From positions 1 through 64,000 of the forward strand of contig CAXHJY010000724.1 in NCBI GenBank assembly GCA_964016885.1: a DNA stretch of 64,000 nt, read 5' to 3'. Numbering within the stretch: the first letter of the stretch is position 1; each line of letters begins with the position of its first letter. The position numbers and the translations under genes are program-made. The notes beneath the pieces were generated by a model, which saw only the letters and a program-made list of their open reading frames with translations, did not search any database and was not told the DNA's origin. Shown here in pieces: positions 26,795 to 40,864 of this stretch. The DNA comes from Eledone cirrhosa. Its lineage: Eukaryota.

Positions 26795-27596
26795 CTAACT
26801 CACTTTTCCATCATTCTCCACCAAATCTCCTTGCACTCTGGAAGGATTCTCTCGGTATTTTTCGCAGCTCCGTCGTCATGGTACTTTTGGGTTATCCGAC
26901 GTCCGGATAACAGATTACACTCGAAAATCCATGGTCCATCTCCGGCGATGACCTCCACAACAATATTAGTCTTGTTTCAAGACAATCGAGGATACTCTGA
27001 CACACAATGCATGCTCCATTCCTTCTGATCATCTTTCACCAGCTTTGTTACCATCTTCGTGCAGATCTTCCGTATGCCCAAATATTCGGTGATAATCTTC
27101 CAAACTTCTGTCGGCGATCATGCGCAACTCGCTTGCAATTAGTGAAACATTCAACCGTCGAACAACAGGTCACACCTGCCTCAGTTGCTCAACGTTGACC
27201 TCAGTATTGCTCGTTGAAGGCTTTCTCCACCCGGGGTAATTTGTTACGTCCTTGTGTGCCTCTTCGAAACATTTGTGCCATTTGAAAAACCGTAAACGTG
27301 ACATTGTCTCATCACTGGATACTTGCTGCCGTATTCTGAGTGCTTCGGATTGAGTTTGATCTAACCGGAGCAGAAACTTTGGGCCGGTTTGTTGCCCTGT
27401 CACCATCTCTTGACGGCCAAAAATTGAGAAGCTATTAACTAAAGTAGGTGGAAAAGAATACAGTGGCTGCAGAGAGCTGATATCGCATTTATACACTTCC
27501 CGGAGATTACATCATAGGGTGACATAACTCGCTTATCCCTACTCCACTCATCTCACTCAGCACACTAAGTCTCTTACTTTTCTAACACACATCTTA
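26795..27596 (-). mobile_element. Degenerate mariner DNA transposon (5' TIR and N-terminal part of transposase)
   Basis: 27170-27496: KFLLRL..SEAL..QQV..DETMSR.RFFKWHK.F.E..DV....KPSTS.TEVNVEQLRQV (mariner HTH region); TIR-like GTGTGTTAGAAAAGTAAGAGACT at about 27568-27590. Confidence 0.8.
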
Positions 27597-27702
27597 TACA
27601 TACACACACAGACACATATATGTGTGTGTAATCTTATATTACTGTATATGTAAATATCTATACATCATATTTACATACACACACACACCCAAACACACAC
27701 AT

Positions 27703-27759
<57 letters not shown>

Positions 27760-28079
27760 CATACATACATACACACATACGTACATACACACATACGTAC
27801 ATATATACACACCGTATCGGGAGATGCGTGAGGTCTGATTTGGATACGGTTCTACAGTTCTCAGTTTTTTGATTGATTAATGATTAAAACACACAGTTGG
27901 AAGTTGTATTAACCAATATATAATTTGTTAATTGCTGGTTGCTGAATAATCTAGATTATATTGATTTCGGCCTGCATACTTTTCATTCCACACACATATA
28001 TGTTCGCCAACGGTATGAATATCGCGTCGTCTGATATATCATATGAATACAAAGCCTTGATGCAACGTTAGCATTTATT

Positions 28080-28890
28080 ATGCTGATGAACTAGGGCAGT
28101 TGATAGGCAGAATCATTTGAGGTGTTCATTAATTGATATGCAGTATTTGTTTCCGCCCTTTACATTCAAGTTCAAATCCGGCTGACATCAACTCTGCCAT
28201 TATTTTTTTGGCGGGATTGGTAAAATAACGTAACAGTCATAATCTGGGGGGTGAATATAATCAAATTTCCCCTTCCTTTAAATTTGATGATGAAGTGCAT
28301 TAGTTAGAAATCATTATTTATTCTGGCTCTAGGACGGTGTATTGGCAATATCGGTAGAGAGTCGGACGCCATGCTTTCCTGCATAGAGTTTACGGCCGTT
28401 TATGATCTGAGTTAATATCCCGCCGTGGTTAACTTTGCCTTTCATCCTTATAAGGCCGATATAATAAAGTAGCAGTCACGCACTGAGTCGATTTAATCGA
28501 CTTTTCCCTATCCCAAATTTGCTGACCTTGTGTTTATATAAGAAACGGTGGATTGGCAGTATCGGTAGAGGGTCGGACGCCATGCTTTCCAGCATAGTTA
28601 CGTCCCTTTACGATCTGAGTTCAAATCCCGCCGAGGTTGACATTGCCTTTCATCCTTACGGGGTCGATAAAATAAAGTACCAGTAATGCACTGGTTAATT
28701 GCTGGCCTTGTGCCTAAAAGTAGAAACAATTATTTGTTCTGGCTCCTAATATTCTGAATTCTAATCGTACTGATGTCAATTTAAAATTTCCCTTTTTTCA
28801 GGGTCAATAAAATAATGTACGAGGTCAATTTATTGACTTTCCTATCCCACAAAATATTACTGATCATGTCCCGCATTTAAAACCATTATG
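28080..28890 (+). mobile_element. Tandem cluster of about four tRNA-derived SINE copies (MetaSINE/Sauria-core-like)
   Basis: Units at about 28080-28320, 28330-28545, 28546-28732 and 28745-28890, with TGGCAG..GGTAG A-box-like, GTTCAAATCC B-box and GCCTTTCATCCT..GGGTCGATAAAATAAAGTACCAG core. Confidence 0.85.
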
Positions 28891-29124
28891 GTATTAACAA
28901 TTTTCTCCTACAAATCTTTGAATTAGTAGAGTTTAACTTACAATTGTACAAATACATAGCATATATTTTATATTATTTATTTTTATTTCCCAATCTTTAT
29001 GTATATTTCGATTTTTTATCCTCCATCTTTCTACACTCTTTCTTTACCTAGCTATCCCCATAGTGCTCAACGTATATATTTGTATATTTTAAATACATTT
29101 CCAAATCCATCTCTCTCTCTCTCT

Positions 29125-29206
<82 letters not shown>

Positions 29207-29237
29207 AAGAATCAAAGAGCTGTTCAAAACATTATTG

Positions 29238-29284
29238 TGCTTACAGCTGTTTCCTCCAAACCGAGGTTTGGATTCTTCGGAGCA
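29238..29284 (-). ncRNA. Minimal type-I hammerhead ribozyme (U4C), mirror copy
   Basis: Reverse complement of 29392-29438. Confidence 0.8.
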
Positions 29285-29391
29285 ATTTATTAATGCATGG
29301 ACAGTTATATGACCTCCTTTTCAGCCGAAAAGAAGGTCATATAACTGTCGGCTGAAAAGGAGGTCATATAACTGTCCATGCATTAATAAAT

Positions 29392-29438
29392 TGCTCCGAA
29401 GAATCCAAACCTCGGTTTGGAGGAAACAGCTGTAAGCA
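29392..29438 (+). ncRNA. Minimal type-I hammerhead ribozyme (U4C)
   Basis: TGCT CCGAAGA A TCCAAACC-TC-GGTTTGGA G GAA ACAGCTGT A AGCA; palindromic stem III; GUA triplet. Confidence 0.8.
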
Positions 29439-29639
29439 CAATAATGTTTTGAACAGCTCTTTGATTCTTATATTTCTTATAACTGCTCTGTAAATCATCT
29501 GATGTTTTTACATTGAGCTACTTAACTTACTGGTAATAAGGTAGTAATACATTACTGCCTACCACTATTTAGGGTGTGTGTAAAATACTTACAACTGCTT
29601 AAGGTTTTGTATTTACATAACCTTAAATAGTATAACTAA

Positions 29640-29719
<80 letters not shown>

Positions 29720-29873
29720 GCGTTAGGTAATTCCGAAGTAAAAGCAAAGAAAAAAGAGATCTCTATGTAGCGAACAACATATATATGTATGGCAAGCAGA
29801 CCTAGACACATAATACCAAAAACAACGAAGAAACTAATCAGGTTAAACAACATATATATATATATTCCGTTTA

Positions 29874-29940
<67 letters not shown>

Positions 29941-30404
29941 CATAATTTGGCCAGATCAATACATATCGGACCTTGAGCTGATCAATAGCGAAACGCGCGT
30001 CACCAATCAATAAACGTAATGTAGGCTTAACCAATCGTCCTTGTATATATATATAGAAAGAGGGGGGTGGGAGAAAGAGAGAGAGAGCGGGAAAGAGAAA
30101 GAGATGGACAGATTGAGAGACTGGTAAGGGTAGATAAAGATTGGACAGAAAAAAGAAATAATAGAGATTGTAAAGAAGAGTGCAAGGAACAAGTACGTAG
30201 AACTTTTTTGCAGTTATATCAGTTTTTGAGCATTTAGAACGATTGCTCCTTTCCTCCACTCCGTTTTTTCATCAATCATCCGTTTACTCTGAATTTTGAA
30301 ACAAAATTTTTATGAAAGAATATTTCTATGATAGTAAGGTCGTTGTATTCATGTGGTTGAACATTATTAGTCTGCGGCATGAATACAACTATCTTACGCA
30401 AAAT

Positions 30405-30592
30405 TATTTGGCAGTATCGGTGGAGGGTCGGACGCCATGCTTTGATGCATAGAGTTACGGCCCTTGCCATTCTCAGTTCAAATCCCGCCCAGGTTAACTT
30501 TGCCTTTCATCCTTACGGTATCGATAAAATAAAGTACCAGTAATCCACTGGGAAATTGCTGGCCTTGTGCCAAATAGTAGAAACAATTATTA
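30405..30592 (+). mobile_element. tRNA-derived SINE
   Basis: Close match to the unit at 28546-28732. Confidence 0.85.
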
Positions 30593-31074
30593 TAGAGATT
30601 TAGAAAACTCATAACGGCAAAGAAATTTAATTATGAGACAGCATTTGTAATGTAAGTTATTTTACGTCTGGTGTATTTCCGTGCAATGTTGGATATTTAG
30701 CTGTAGTCTTGGTTCATACTAAAACACCTTCTGATATGTTTCATGGTCAATAAATCCACCATAATTCTTTTAAATACGAAATTATCCAAATTATGAGTAG
30801 TGAGATTTTAAACATTTGCATCACTTTCAAGATAGTTGTGGATCATAATCTGGATATTGTATTGAAATGTTAGAACACAGAATGCAATTAAGGAGGAAAC
30901 TCAGCAGAGTTATCATATATGAGAGAAAAATTGGGATACAATATTTTATTTAAGGTCTGGAATGTGATACACTGTGTGAATGAAAGGATGAGGAAATAGT
31001 GATAGAACGAACGCTTACTTTATGGCAGCTTCTCGAAAATCTAACAGATATTCAAATGTTTACATTTGCCCGAT

Positions 31075-31352
<278 letters not shown>

Positions 31353-31728
31353 TGACTGTATGACACCAATGTTTTCCCTTTCATTTCCTGATAAATTTAT
31401 TTCCCAAACTGACTATCTGCAAGGTTTCGACACTAGATATTCAGATAATCACAAAAGTAAACAGTATATATGAAGTAAAAGGAAATGTTTTGATACCGAG
31501 AAAGAAGCTACTGTATTGGTTCCGACTAATAGATGCTGACACTGAAGAAAACAATAAACGATTTTGAATACAGAACAGCTTGCTTTCTTCTGTATGATTC
31601 CTATTGACAAAAAACAATAAAAAAAAGTGTTTAGGTTATCGGGAGGTCGACATTAATAAATATCTCTGATTATATATATATATATATATGTGTGTGCGGG
31701 GGAGGGGGAGCGTCTGCATGTATATATA

Positions 31729-31761
<33 letters not shown>

Positions 31762-31799
31762 ATATATATATATATGTGCGTGTGTGTGGATGTATGTAC

Positions 31800-31919
<120 letters not shown>

Positions 31920-32039
31920 TGGTAAACGGAATAGAAAATGCTGACAAATTGTTCACAGTTGAAAAATGGTTTAATTAGGAATAAAAGAGTATTAGTGATT
32001 GTATGGGTTAGTATTCAGTTGTGGTTTTAAGTTTTCAAG

Positions 32040-32077
32040 TTTTTACCGGTTGCGCATTTCTAAATGGTTTTCAAAAA
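32040..32077 (-). ncRNA. Variant hammerhead-like motif, mirror of 36375-36413
   Basis: Minus strand: TTT TTGAAAA CCATTT-AG-AAATGC GCAA CCGG TA AAAA. Confidence 0.5.
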
Positions 32078-32373
32078 TAATTTTGAGATAGAGTGTCCGT
32101 GCTGTTTGCTCTGATCTGATTAGTTTTGGGAATTCTACCTGTTTTTATGTTAAAAAAGTGGCTCCAGCAAAAATTCTTGTGGTCAAAACAATTTTGATTG
32201 GTCGGTAGAGGTCATGTGAATAAAAAATTGGTTTTGCGCCAAGATTGAGAAATGACTCTTTCACAACAATTATGTGTGTGTGTGTGTGTGTGTGTAGTAG
32301 TAGTAGTAGTAAGGTCTTCGATGTTGTGATAATGGTTAGCAGCGATGTGTGTCAAATGGCTATTAAGATAAGT

Positions 32374-32444
<71 letters not shown>

Positions 32445-32591
32445 GCAGAGTAATTCGTGGTGGCAGGGATGGTCAGTAAGAATGTGTCTGAAAGCATGTC
32501 AAAAGATATTTTTCAGCTTTTGTCTTATACGGAGAAGTGCGTGTGTGTGTGTATATATAAGTCTCTTTGTATGTTGATGTACGCGTGTGTA

Positions 32592-32656
<65 letters not shown>

Positions 32657-32799
32657 ACCAGTATTTTTTTCCCCCTGGTAAAATGGTGTACATTATTCGA
32701 TTTTTTCAGTAAAATCGGTTCTCTTAATAGAACATCAACAATCTTAACAATAAAAGGTGTGAAATGATATTCACTATATATATATACACATACATACTT

Positions 32800-32845
<46 letters not shown>

Positions 32846-33344
32846 CATATATATACATATATATATGTGCACATATATTTTCTTGTGTTGCACCATAGAG
32901 CATGTGTGTTTACGTATGTCGTTGTGTTTATAATTGGGTAGAGATGTGTGCTGATGTAGGTATGTATGTTGACGTGCGTATGTTGTCGGTTCGTCTTAGG
33001 GAGAAGTGTTTAGACGGGGTCCGTATTTGTTAATGAATAAGATTCCTTGCTGATGCGCTGGGTGTGGGTGGCATTATCTTTAAATTTGTAGTGGGGAAAG
33101 ATTCTGAAGTTGGGATGATTTGGGGCGGCACAGGTATCAATGTGTTCACTCAGTGGTATTTTCCTGTATTCCCGTATTTTGATTTGGGATCTATGGACAG
33201 TCATGCGTTGGCGGAGGCTGTTTTTGGTCTGGCCTATGTATTGTTCTCGACAACCTGAACAAGTTAATACATATATTAGATTTTCCGATGCACATGTGAA
33301 ATTGTGTTTTACTATAAAACGTTGTCCATCTTTGAGATAGAAAC

Positions 33345-35326
33345 TTCCCTTACCAACACTTGCACAGACACAAACACAAGCCAAACCTCAACAAGAAAGA
33401 ATGGGAAGAATTAAATAGATTAAAAACCGACAGAACCATTACAATTAAATAGGCTGATAAAGGGAGTACAGTAGTCCTAATGGAGACAGAATTCTATATC
33501 CACTTAGCGCTCTCCACTTTTGAAAACGAAACATACTACGAAAAGGCTGAACACTACAACCAACAGAAAATTATGAGAAACCTAAAAACTCTAATCAACC
33601 AATACAAAGAAGGACTCACTAACAAGGAATTCAGCTTCATCACAGACTTCACAAGTAAATCCAGCCTTTTCTACGGTATCCCTAAAGTACATAAAAGCGA
33701 ATCAATAAGTAAGGCATGCAAGGAAGCCACAGACATAATCATCAATGTCCCCTCACCCAATGATCTCAAATTAAGACCTATAATAGAGGACCCGCTTGCG
33801 AAACGCACCGTCTTAGCAACTTCATTGATACCCTTCTCAAACCCTTCCTCAAGCACATCAACAGCTATATAAGGGACGACCTAGATATGCTCAATCACCT
33901 CCCTAATATGCCACTTTCTGAACAAACCCTTCTAGTGACGTTCGATGTAGTCAACCTATACTCCAACATCCCCCATAACCTAGGAATAGAAGCTATCCAA
34001 TTCTTGTTGGATAATTTCCACAATGAACTCCCACAACGCATCAAAAAAGAATTCGTGATAGAGGGACTCAAATTTATCTTGGAGAACAATTACTTCGTTT
34101 TCAATAACAAACCCTACAGGCAGAAATCTGGGACCGCCATGGGAACGAAAACAGCCCCCACTTATGCCAACCTAGTCAAGGGATACCTGGAAATCACCCT
34201 CTACACTAAAGTCCTAAACAAATTTGGAAACACCCTCCACTTACACATTGAAAGGAATTGGAAGCGATATCTAGATGACTGCTTCATCCTTTGGCACGAA
34301 AACATCGAAAAACTTAAAGAATTTCACACCCTTATAAATGGGCTCAACACAAATATTAACTTCACGATGGAATACAGCCATCAACAACCCCCCTTCCTCG
34401 ACATCCTCATTAAGATCCATAACAAAAAAATAGAAACAGACATATACAAGCCCACAGACTCCAAGCAATATCTCCCCTTCAACTCTTGCCACCCTAGATA
34501 CGTTAACATTAATATTCCCTACAACTTAGCCAAGAGAATCTGTACTATAGTCTCCAATAAAAACATCTGCTACTTACGGCTACAAGAACTAAAGGACACA
34601 CTCATAGGCAGGGACTACCCTGCATCACTAATTGACAATGGAATCCAACGTGCCCTAAAACTCAGTACCCAGGACCTTAGACACCCTAAAGTAAATCAAC
34701 CAAAACTAAAAGCTCTTCCATACATCTCCACACACAACCCCCTCAGCAACGAGGCCTTTGACACCATCCTCCAGAACATCCCTGTATTGAAAAAGGACCA
34801 TAGAATGAACCAAATTCTACGAAAAAACGACATCATAAAGAGCAAAAGACAATCCAAGTCAATGAAAAACATCTTAACACATGCCAAAGTACTGCCAACC
34901 ACAACAACGAAACCCACAGTAAAACAATGCGATAGACCCAACTGTGGCATTTGCATCAACCTAATAGAGGGTTCGGAATTCTATTTCAAAGATGGACAAC
35001 GTTTTATAGTAAAACACAATTTCACATGTGCATCGGAAAATCTAATATATGTATTAACTTGTTCAGGTTGTCGAGAACAATACATAGGCCAGACCAAAAA
35101 CAGCCTCCGCCAACGCATGACTGTCCATAGATCCCAAATCAAAATACGGGAATACAGGAAAATACCACTGAGTGAACACATTGATACCTGTGCCGCCCAA
35201 AATCATCCCAACTTCAGAATCGTTCCCCTCTACAAATTTAAAGATAATGCCACCCAAACCCAGAGCATCAGCAAGGAATCTTACTTCATTAACAAATACG
35301 GACCCCGTCTAAACGCTTCTCCCTAA
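33345..35326 (+). pseudogene. PLE reverse transcriptase + GIY-YIG endonuclease, 5'-truncated, with one stop and one frameshift
   Basis: NL..E..L....TIK*ADKG, FYGIPKVHK, LRPII, (frameshift), FDVVNLYSNIP, GTAMG, RYLDD, FLD, CDRPNCGIC, NLIYVLTCSGCREQYIGQT. ORF 33887-35326 is open for 479 aa. Confidence 0.93.
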
Positions 35327-35476
35327 GACGAACCCACAACATACACACGTCAACATACATACCTACATCAGCACACAACTCTACCCACATATAAACACAA
35401 TGACATACGTAAACACACATGCTCTATGGTGCAACACAAGAAAATATATGTGCACATATATATATGTATATATATG

Positions 35477-35530
<54 letters not shown>

Positions 35531-35897
35531 ATGTATGTATGTGTATATATATATAGTGAATATTATTTCACACCTTTTATTGTTAAGATTTTTGATGTTC
35601 TATTAAGAGAACCGATTTTACTGAAAATATCGAATAATGTACACCATTTTACCAGGGGGAAAAGAAATACTGGTCCACCCACACACACACAAAAACACAC
35701 ACTTATACACACACACTCATACACACGCGTACATCAACATACAAAGAGACTTATATATACACACACACGCACTTCTCCGTATAAGACAAAAGCTGAAAAA
35801 TATCTTTTGACATGATAAAATACCCCCCATTGCTTTCAGACACATTCTTACTGACCATCCCTGCCACCACGAATTACTCTGCTATACACACACACAA

Positions 35898-35928
<31 letters not shown>

Positions 35929-36026
35929 CACATACACACACACACATAGACACACTTATCTTAATAGCCATTTGACACACATCGCTGCTAACCATTATCA
36001 CAACATCGAACACCTTACTACTACTA

Positions 36027-36070
<44 letters not shown>

Positions 36071-36374
36071 TTGTTTTGAAAGAGTCATTTCTCAATCTTG
36101 ACGCAAAACCAATTTTTTATTCACATGACCTCTACCGACCAATCAAAATTGTTTTGACCACAAGAATTTTTGCTGGAGCCACTTTTTTAACATAAAAACA
36201 GTCTTGGCGCAAAATCAATTTTTTACATTCACATGACCTCTACCGACCAATCAAAATTGTTATGACCACAAGAATTTTTTCAAATTGGAGCCACTTTTTT
36301 AACATAAAAACAGGTAGAATTCCCAAAACTAATCAGATCAGAGCAAACAGCACGGACACTCTATCTCAAAATTA

Positions 36375-36413
36375 TTTTTTGAAAAGCATTTAGAAATGCG
36401 CAACCGGTAAAAA
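36375..36413 (+). ncRNA. Variant minimal hammerhead-like motif (U3-A8 plus GCAA) in the PLE pLTR
   Basis: TTTT TTGAAAA GCATTT-AG-AAATGC GCA ACCGGT A AAAA; about 120 nt from the element end; no canonical hammerhead seen elsewhere in this pLTR. Confidence 0.58.
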
Positions 36414-37169
36414 CTTAAAAACTTAAAACCACAACTGAATACTAACCCATTCAATCACTAATACTCTTTTATTCCTAATTAAACCATTTTTCAACTGTGA
36501 ACAATTTGTCAGCATTTTCTATTCCGTTTACCAATATATATATATATATATATTTACTTATTTATTTATATATATATATATATATTTACTTATTTATATA
36601 TCAAAGTATAACTGAATCTGAATCGTAATGAATTCGGACTAAATATAAATTAAATGCCAGTTACAACGAAGTTAAATTTTAACGTGAAGAAAATGTTCCG
36701 CATTCTAAAATTAATATCTTATAACTTGCATATAAATTTGCTTGATATGGTTAGGAATAAAGTATATTTATGAATAGAATGTCTGCTTCAAGTCAGACTA
36801 TATGCCTTTCCATATTATATCACCTGAATGTATTAATATATAAAGAAATCATTTGGCTAACTTTTGGTTCTCATTCAAGTTACGTAGTTAGTATTTGCTT
36901 TCTACAATTATATTGAGATAACGAAAATATGGTAATAAAAAATATTTTTAAATTTCATTGTTTCATCTCACCATATTCGACTATAATAGATCTCTATATT
37001 CGTTTTCACTATTTCCACATATTTCATAATTTTGATTATATATAAAATGGTTGTTTTAATTTCAATCACAAATTTCGTCAGTCGATTTAATTTGAGATAA
37101 GTTCTTTCTCTCTTTCTCTCTCCCTATCTTTTTCCCCCTCTCTCTATATTTCTCCGTGTCCCTCTCAAA

Positions 37170-37365
<196 letters not shown>

Positions 37366-37605
37366 CATATGTATGGGTTTTTGTGGGATGTATGTCTGTA
37401 TACTGCCAGCGTGAAAACCTCAATCTACCATCTGCCACTGATAAAGACCGTAACAAGGAAGGCTGTCAGACACGAAAATAACATCAAGAGACAAGAATAT
37501 TTATTTCTTAAGACAAGTATTGGTCAGTCTGTTTGAACTTGCTACTGTTTATTCATATACGTATATAATATCAAAAGCATAACACTCAAACACACAAAGA
37601 CACAT

Positions 37606-37679
<74 letters not shown>

Positions 37680-37903
37680 ATTAATGTTTGTTTGTGTATG
37701 TGCATATACGTGTATATGTGTATATATGTATGTCTGTTGGCATGACTGTTATGTTCGTGTATAGAGGAGTAGGTGAAATGAAAAATATATAATAACTGAT
37801 ACAATCTATCAACGTGGGAATTACAACAGGAGCAGGCAGCGGGGCGTACAAATAAATTATTATTGCAAAGATTAAAGAGATTCTAGTGTTTATACAAGGT
37901 TAT

Positions 37904-37947
<44 letters not shown>

Positions 37948-38619
37948 CATATATATATATACATATACGTGTGAGTGTATGTCTGTCTCTGTATGTGTGT
38001 GCGTGTTCGTGTGTTTGTATATGTGTGTGCTTGTGTGTGTGTGTATGCCTATATATACACAGAAATACACATACATCACGCATATATGCACGAGAATGAA
38101 TGTTTCTGAATTAATCTGTGTTTGTGTCTGAAGTTCAGATATTTGGAACTATAGATTTATATACGAAATTGGGATATACGAATTCACAAGACAAACAGTA
38201 TGGTTACTCTGTAAACGATTTATTAATTCATATATACTCTATATATATTAAAATTATATACACATGTATCTAAATTATATAAGAATATAATTGTTCTATA
38301 TGAATAGAAATATGTTAGTCTTAACCTATTTTTTAAATATTGTTTTTAATATATTATAATGCATGGAGATATATGGTGCGTATTTATAGATAGTTGCTTA
38401 TCTTTCCAATAGCTAGGTATGATTTTATTGTTTCATCAAATAAGGTGTGAGGGGCATGTCAGTGTTCCCTAACAGGCACGCATGTCTACGGAAGACTTAG
38501 TCACTTGCCAGTAAAATAGAACTTGGATATATAGTTGAGAAAAGTTAAAACTAATTAATCATAACCGCATATATTCATATTTCGGATTTACAACCCCCTT
38601 TTCAAAATAAAAGAAAATA

Positions 38620-39416
38620 AGTCTGGTCGTCATGTTTGCCAAACTTACCATAGCTTATGACATAAACATAAGCCTTGTGCTAATGATATTAAAGCAAATG
38701 AAACGATTTTGATGCCAAAATTAGTCAGCTCTTCAGCTGCAGCGTACATTGCCAGCAATGATGTTATTTTTGTTTACTCCTGCCGTGAATATCGATAGCA
38801 ACCTTGTTGCTGTTGTTTATGTATAGATCAATATGAATCTGGCAAACCTATGATCAAAGAATTGTTATTCAATATCAAAGAATGATTTAATGCAATGTGA
38901 CATCGCTTTCTTTAAAACGATAGATGTTTGAACAATTAGCCGATGTTTCAAGCGGGTTAAATACGAGCATTGGCATTAAAGACGAGTTTCTTTTTGCTGT
39001 CCTCCATGTATTCCATTCATATGTGCGTGTGACTTAATTGTTAGGTTCTTCGGTGCACGATTAAAATGTTCGATTCTCAGCGTCCCGACACGTCCTTCAG
39101 ACAGACACATGTTATTACATTGCTGCAATCCTTTCAGTAGACAAAAGGCCTGTCTCAACACAACTTGAAACGCGTATCTGCGGAATGCTCGTTTGCAATT
39201 TAATTTTACTAGCAAACTGCTCCATTGATGAAAAATTGGCATACATGGAAGCAAACCTATACTCTGATAATTCTCGACAATGCGTTCGTCACCATTACTT
39301 GTTCACAGGGGGAATAGATCCGCTTTAACAGAATTCGGAGAAAGTAAACATGTAGTATAATTCGCGGTAATAAACCCTGCGTATCATCAATGGACGCACA
39401 AACGTCAAAGGGTTAA
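38620..39416 (-). mobile_element. Possible very old piggyBac remnant
   Basis: TTAA-CCCTTT terminus on the minus strand at about 39407-39416 and a downstream FGIKI-like peptide near 38705-38725; no second TIR found. Confidence 0.3.
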
Positions 39417-40864
39417 GAAATTTGTGCCACACCTATAATTTCCCTAGTTTGATTTGACTAGTTGCCATCTTGAGCAATTGCCATTTATTACAGCCAAAGT
39501 TCGACCCAAGTTTTGAGGGTTAGAATTGTGTAGACGAAATCCTTTTGGAAGCTCGTCAAGTGGGGTATACCTTTAATTGAAATGGAAAGCCTTGTCGCAC
39601 ACTCTATCATATTAAATCTACCTGTGAATTAGGTTAAGAACTCAAACTGTAATACATGATGGGCTGTACCTGTTATTGGAAGAGGCTGACATGTCACACA
39701 CTGTTACGGCTTATCTCCTTCAATGTTACCACACATGCACACATGTCTGTGGAAGACTCAGTCACTTATATGTTAATTTCACGAACATAATCTGTCGATT
39801 CAAGAACATCGTGAATATGATGGAAATGCATTCCATTCAAAATGTTAGCAATCAATACTGCACTAACCACATCTATGTGTTATGTCTATATTTTGTATTG
39901 TGTCGTTGAGAAATACCGTAGTGTACTGGGTCTGCTGCTGATACCCTGCGGTCATAACTATTGTATTATAGTCTATACAAGAGGGAAATATGGAAAACCA
40001 CTGTCGCGTCGTCATTCTGAAAACACGTGATTCATATTGTAAGCTCTATGTTGGATAAAAGTAGTTTTGTAACATTACACTATCAGATCACATTTTTGTG
40101 TGACACTCAATATAATTCATAAAGACCCTATATCAATACGAATTAATTAAAATTTGTTCTAAAAGATTTATATATGTATAGACCCGTAGAATCTGAAATA
40201 GTTTGGGGACACCATGTTGTCACTTTAATCTGGCGGAGACCACCCTCCCCTAGCTCTGAAGACATCAGATTTATTTCGGAAAAGGAGGTAGAGTGGTTGG
40301 GAGAATATAAGAAAATGATTTAGAATGAGAAAGAATCAATCCAAGTATTGGATTGATAAGTCGAAATGAATGCCGAAAACTATTCTATTAAACGTCTTAA
40401 AATCCCTGCCACACAGCCTCTTCTTAAAAGAAATACTGGGCGTCCATAAAGTCTCTTTAAAATTTGAAATATATATTACAAATACAATTGATGAGATACT
40501 TGTCCAAGACGCAGTGTTACGAGAACGGAGACTGCCAAGTTACGAATTGAAATCCTCAATCCAAATCCATGCATGTGTATATATTTTTTGCAAAATGTTT
40601 AAAAGATATATAATTAAATGTTGATTGAATGTTTGATGTAATGGAATATAATATGTCATTAAAATGTCATTGGATTATTTTCAAAAACTCTAAGTGCATT
40701 AATTGATGAACAGGGTGAGTCTTCCCATTAGATTATTTTTACCGGAATATCTGGTACTAAAATATGATTGAAGACACATGTCAGCTTCTTAAGAGAAGCA
40801 TGACTGAGATAAACTACAAAAGAAATTCATACTAAGCTACATTTTATTTCAAACTAGATATAAA

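Larger units (their letters stand above)
29200..29643. mobile_element. Young PLE terminus-like insert with 129-bp inverted arms (29200-29328 and 29348-29476) in (TA)n
   Basis: Arms read as exact reverse complements; each has a hammerhead; the plus copy continues to (TA)n at 29643. Confidence 0.85.

Noticed and set aside
31535-31580. CTGAAGA..GAATA hammerhead-like string
   Set aside because: No GAAA, weak AT-only stem II and no stem I; compatible with chance
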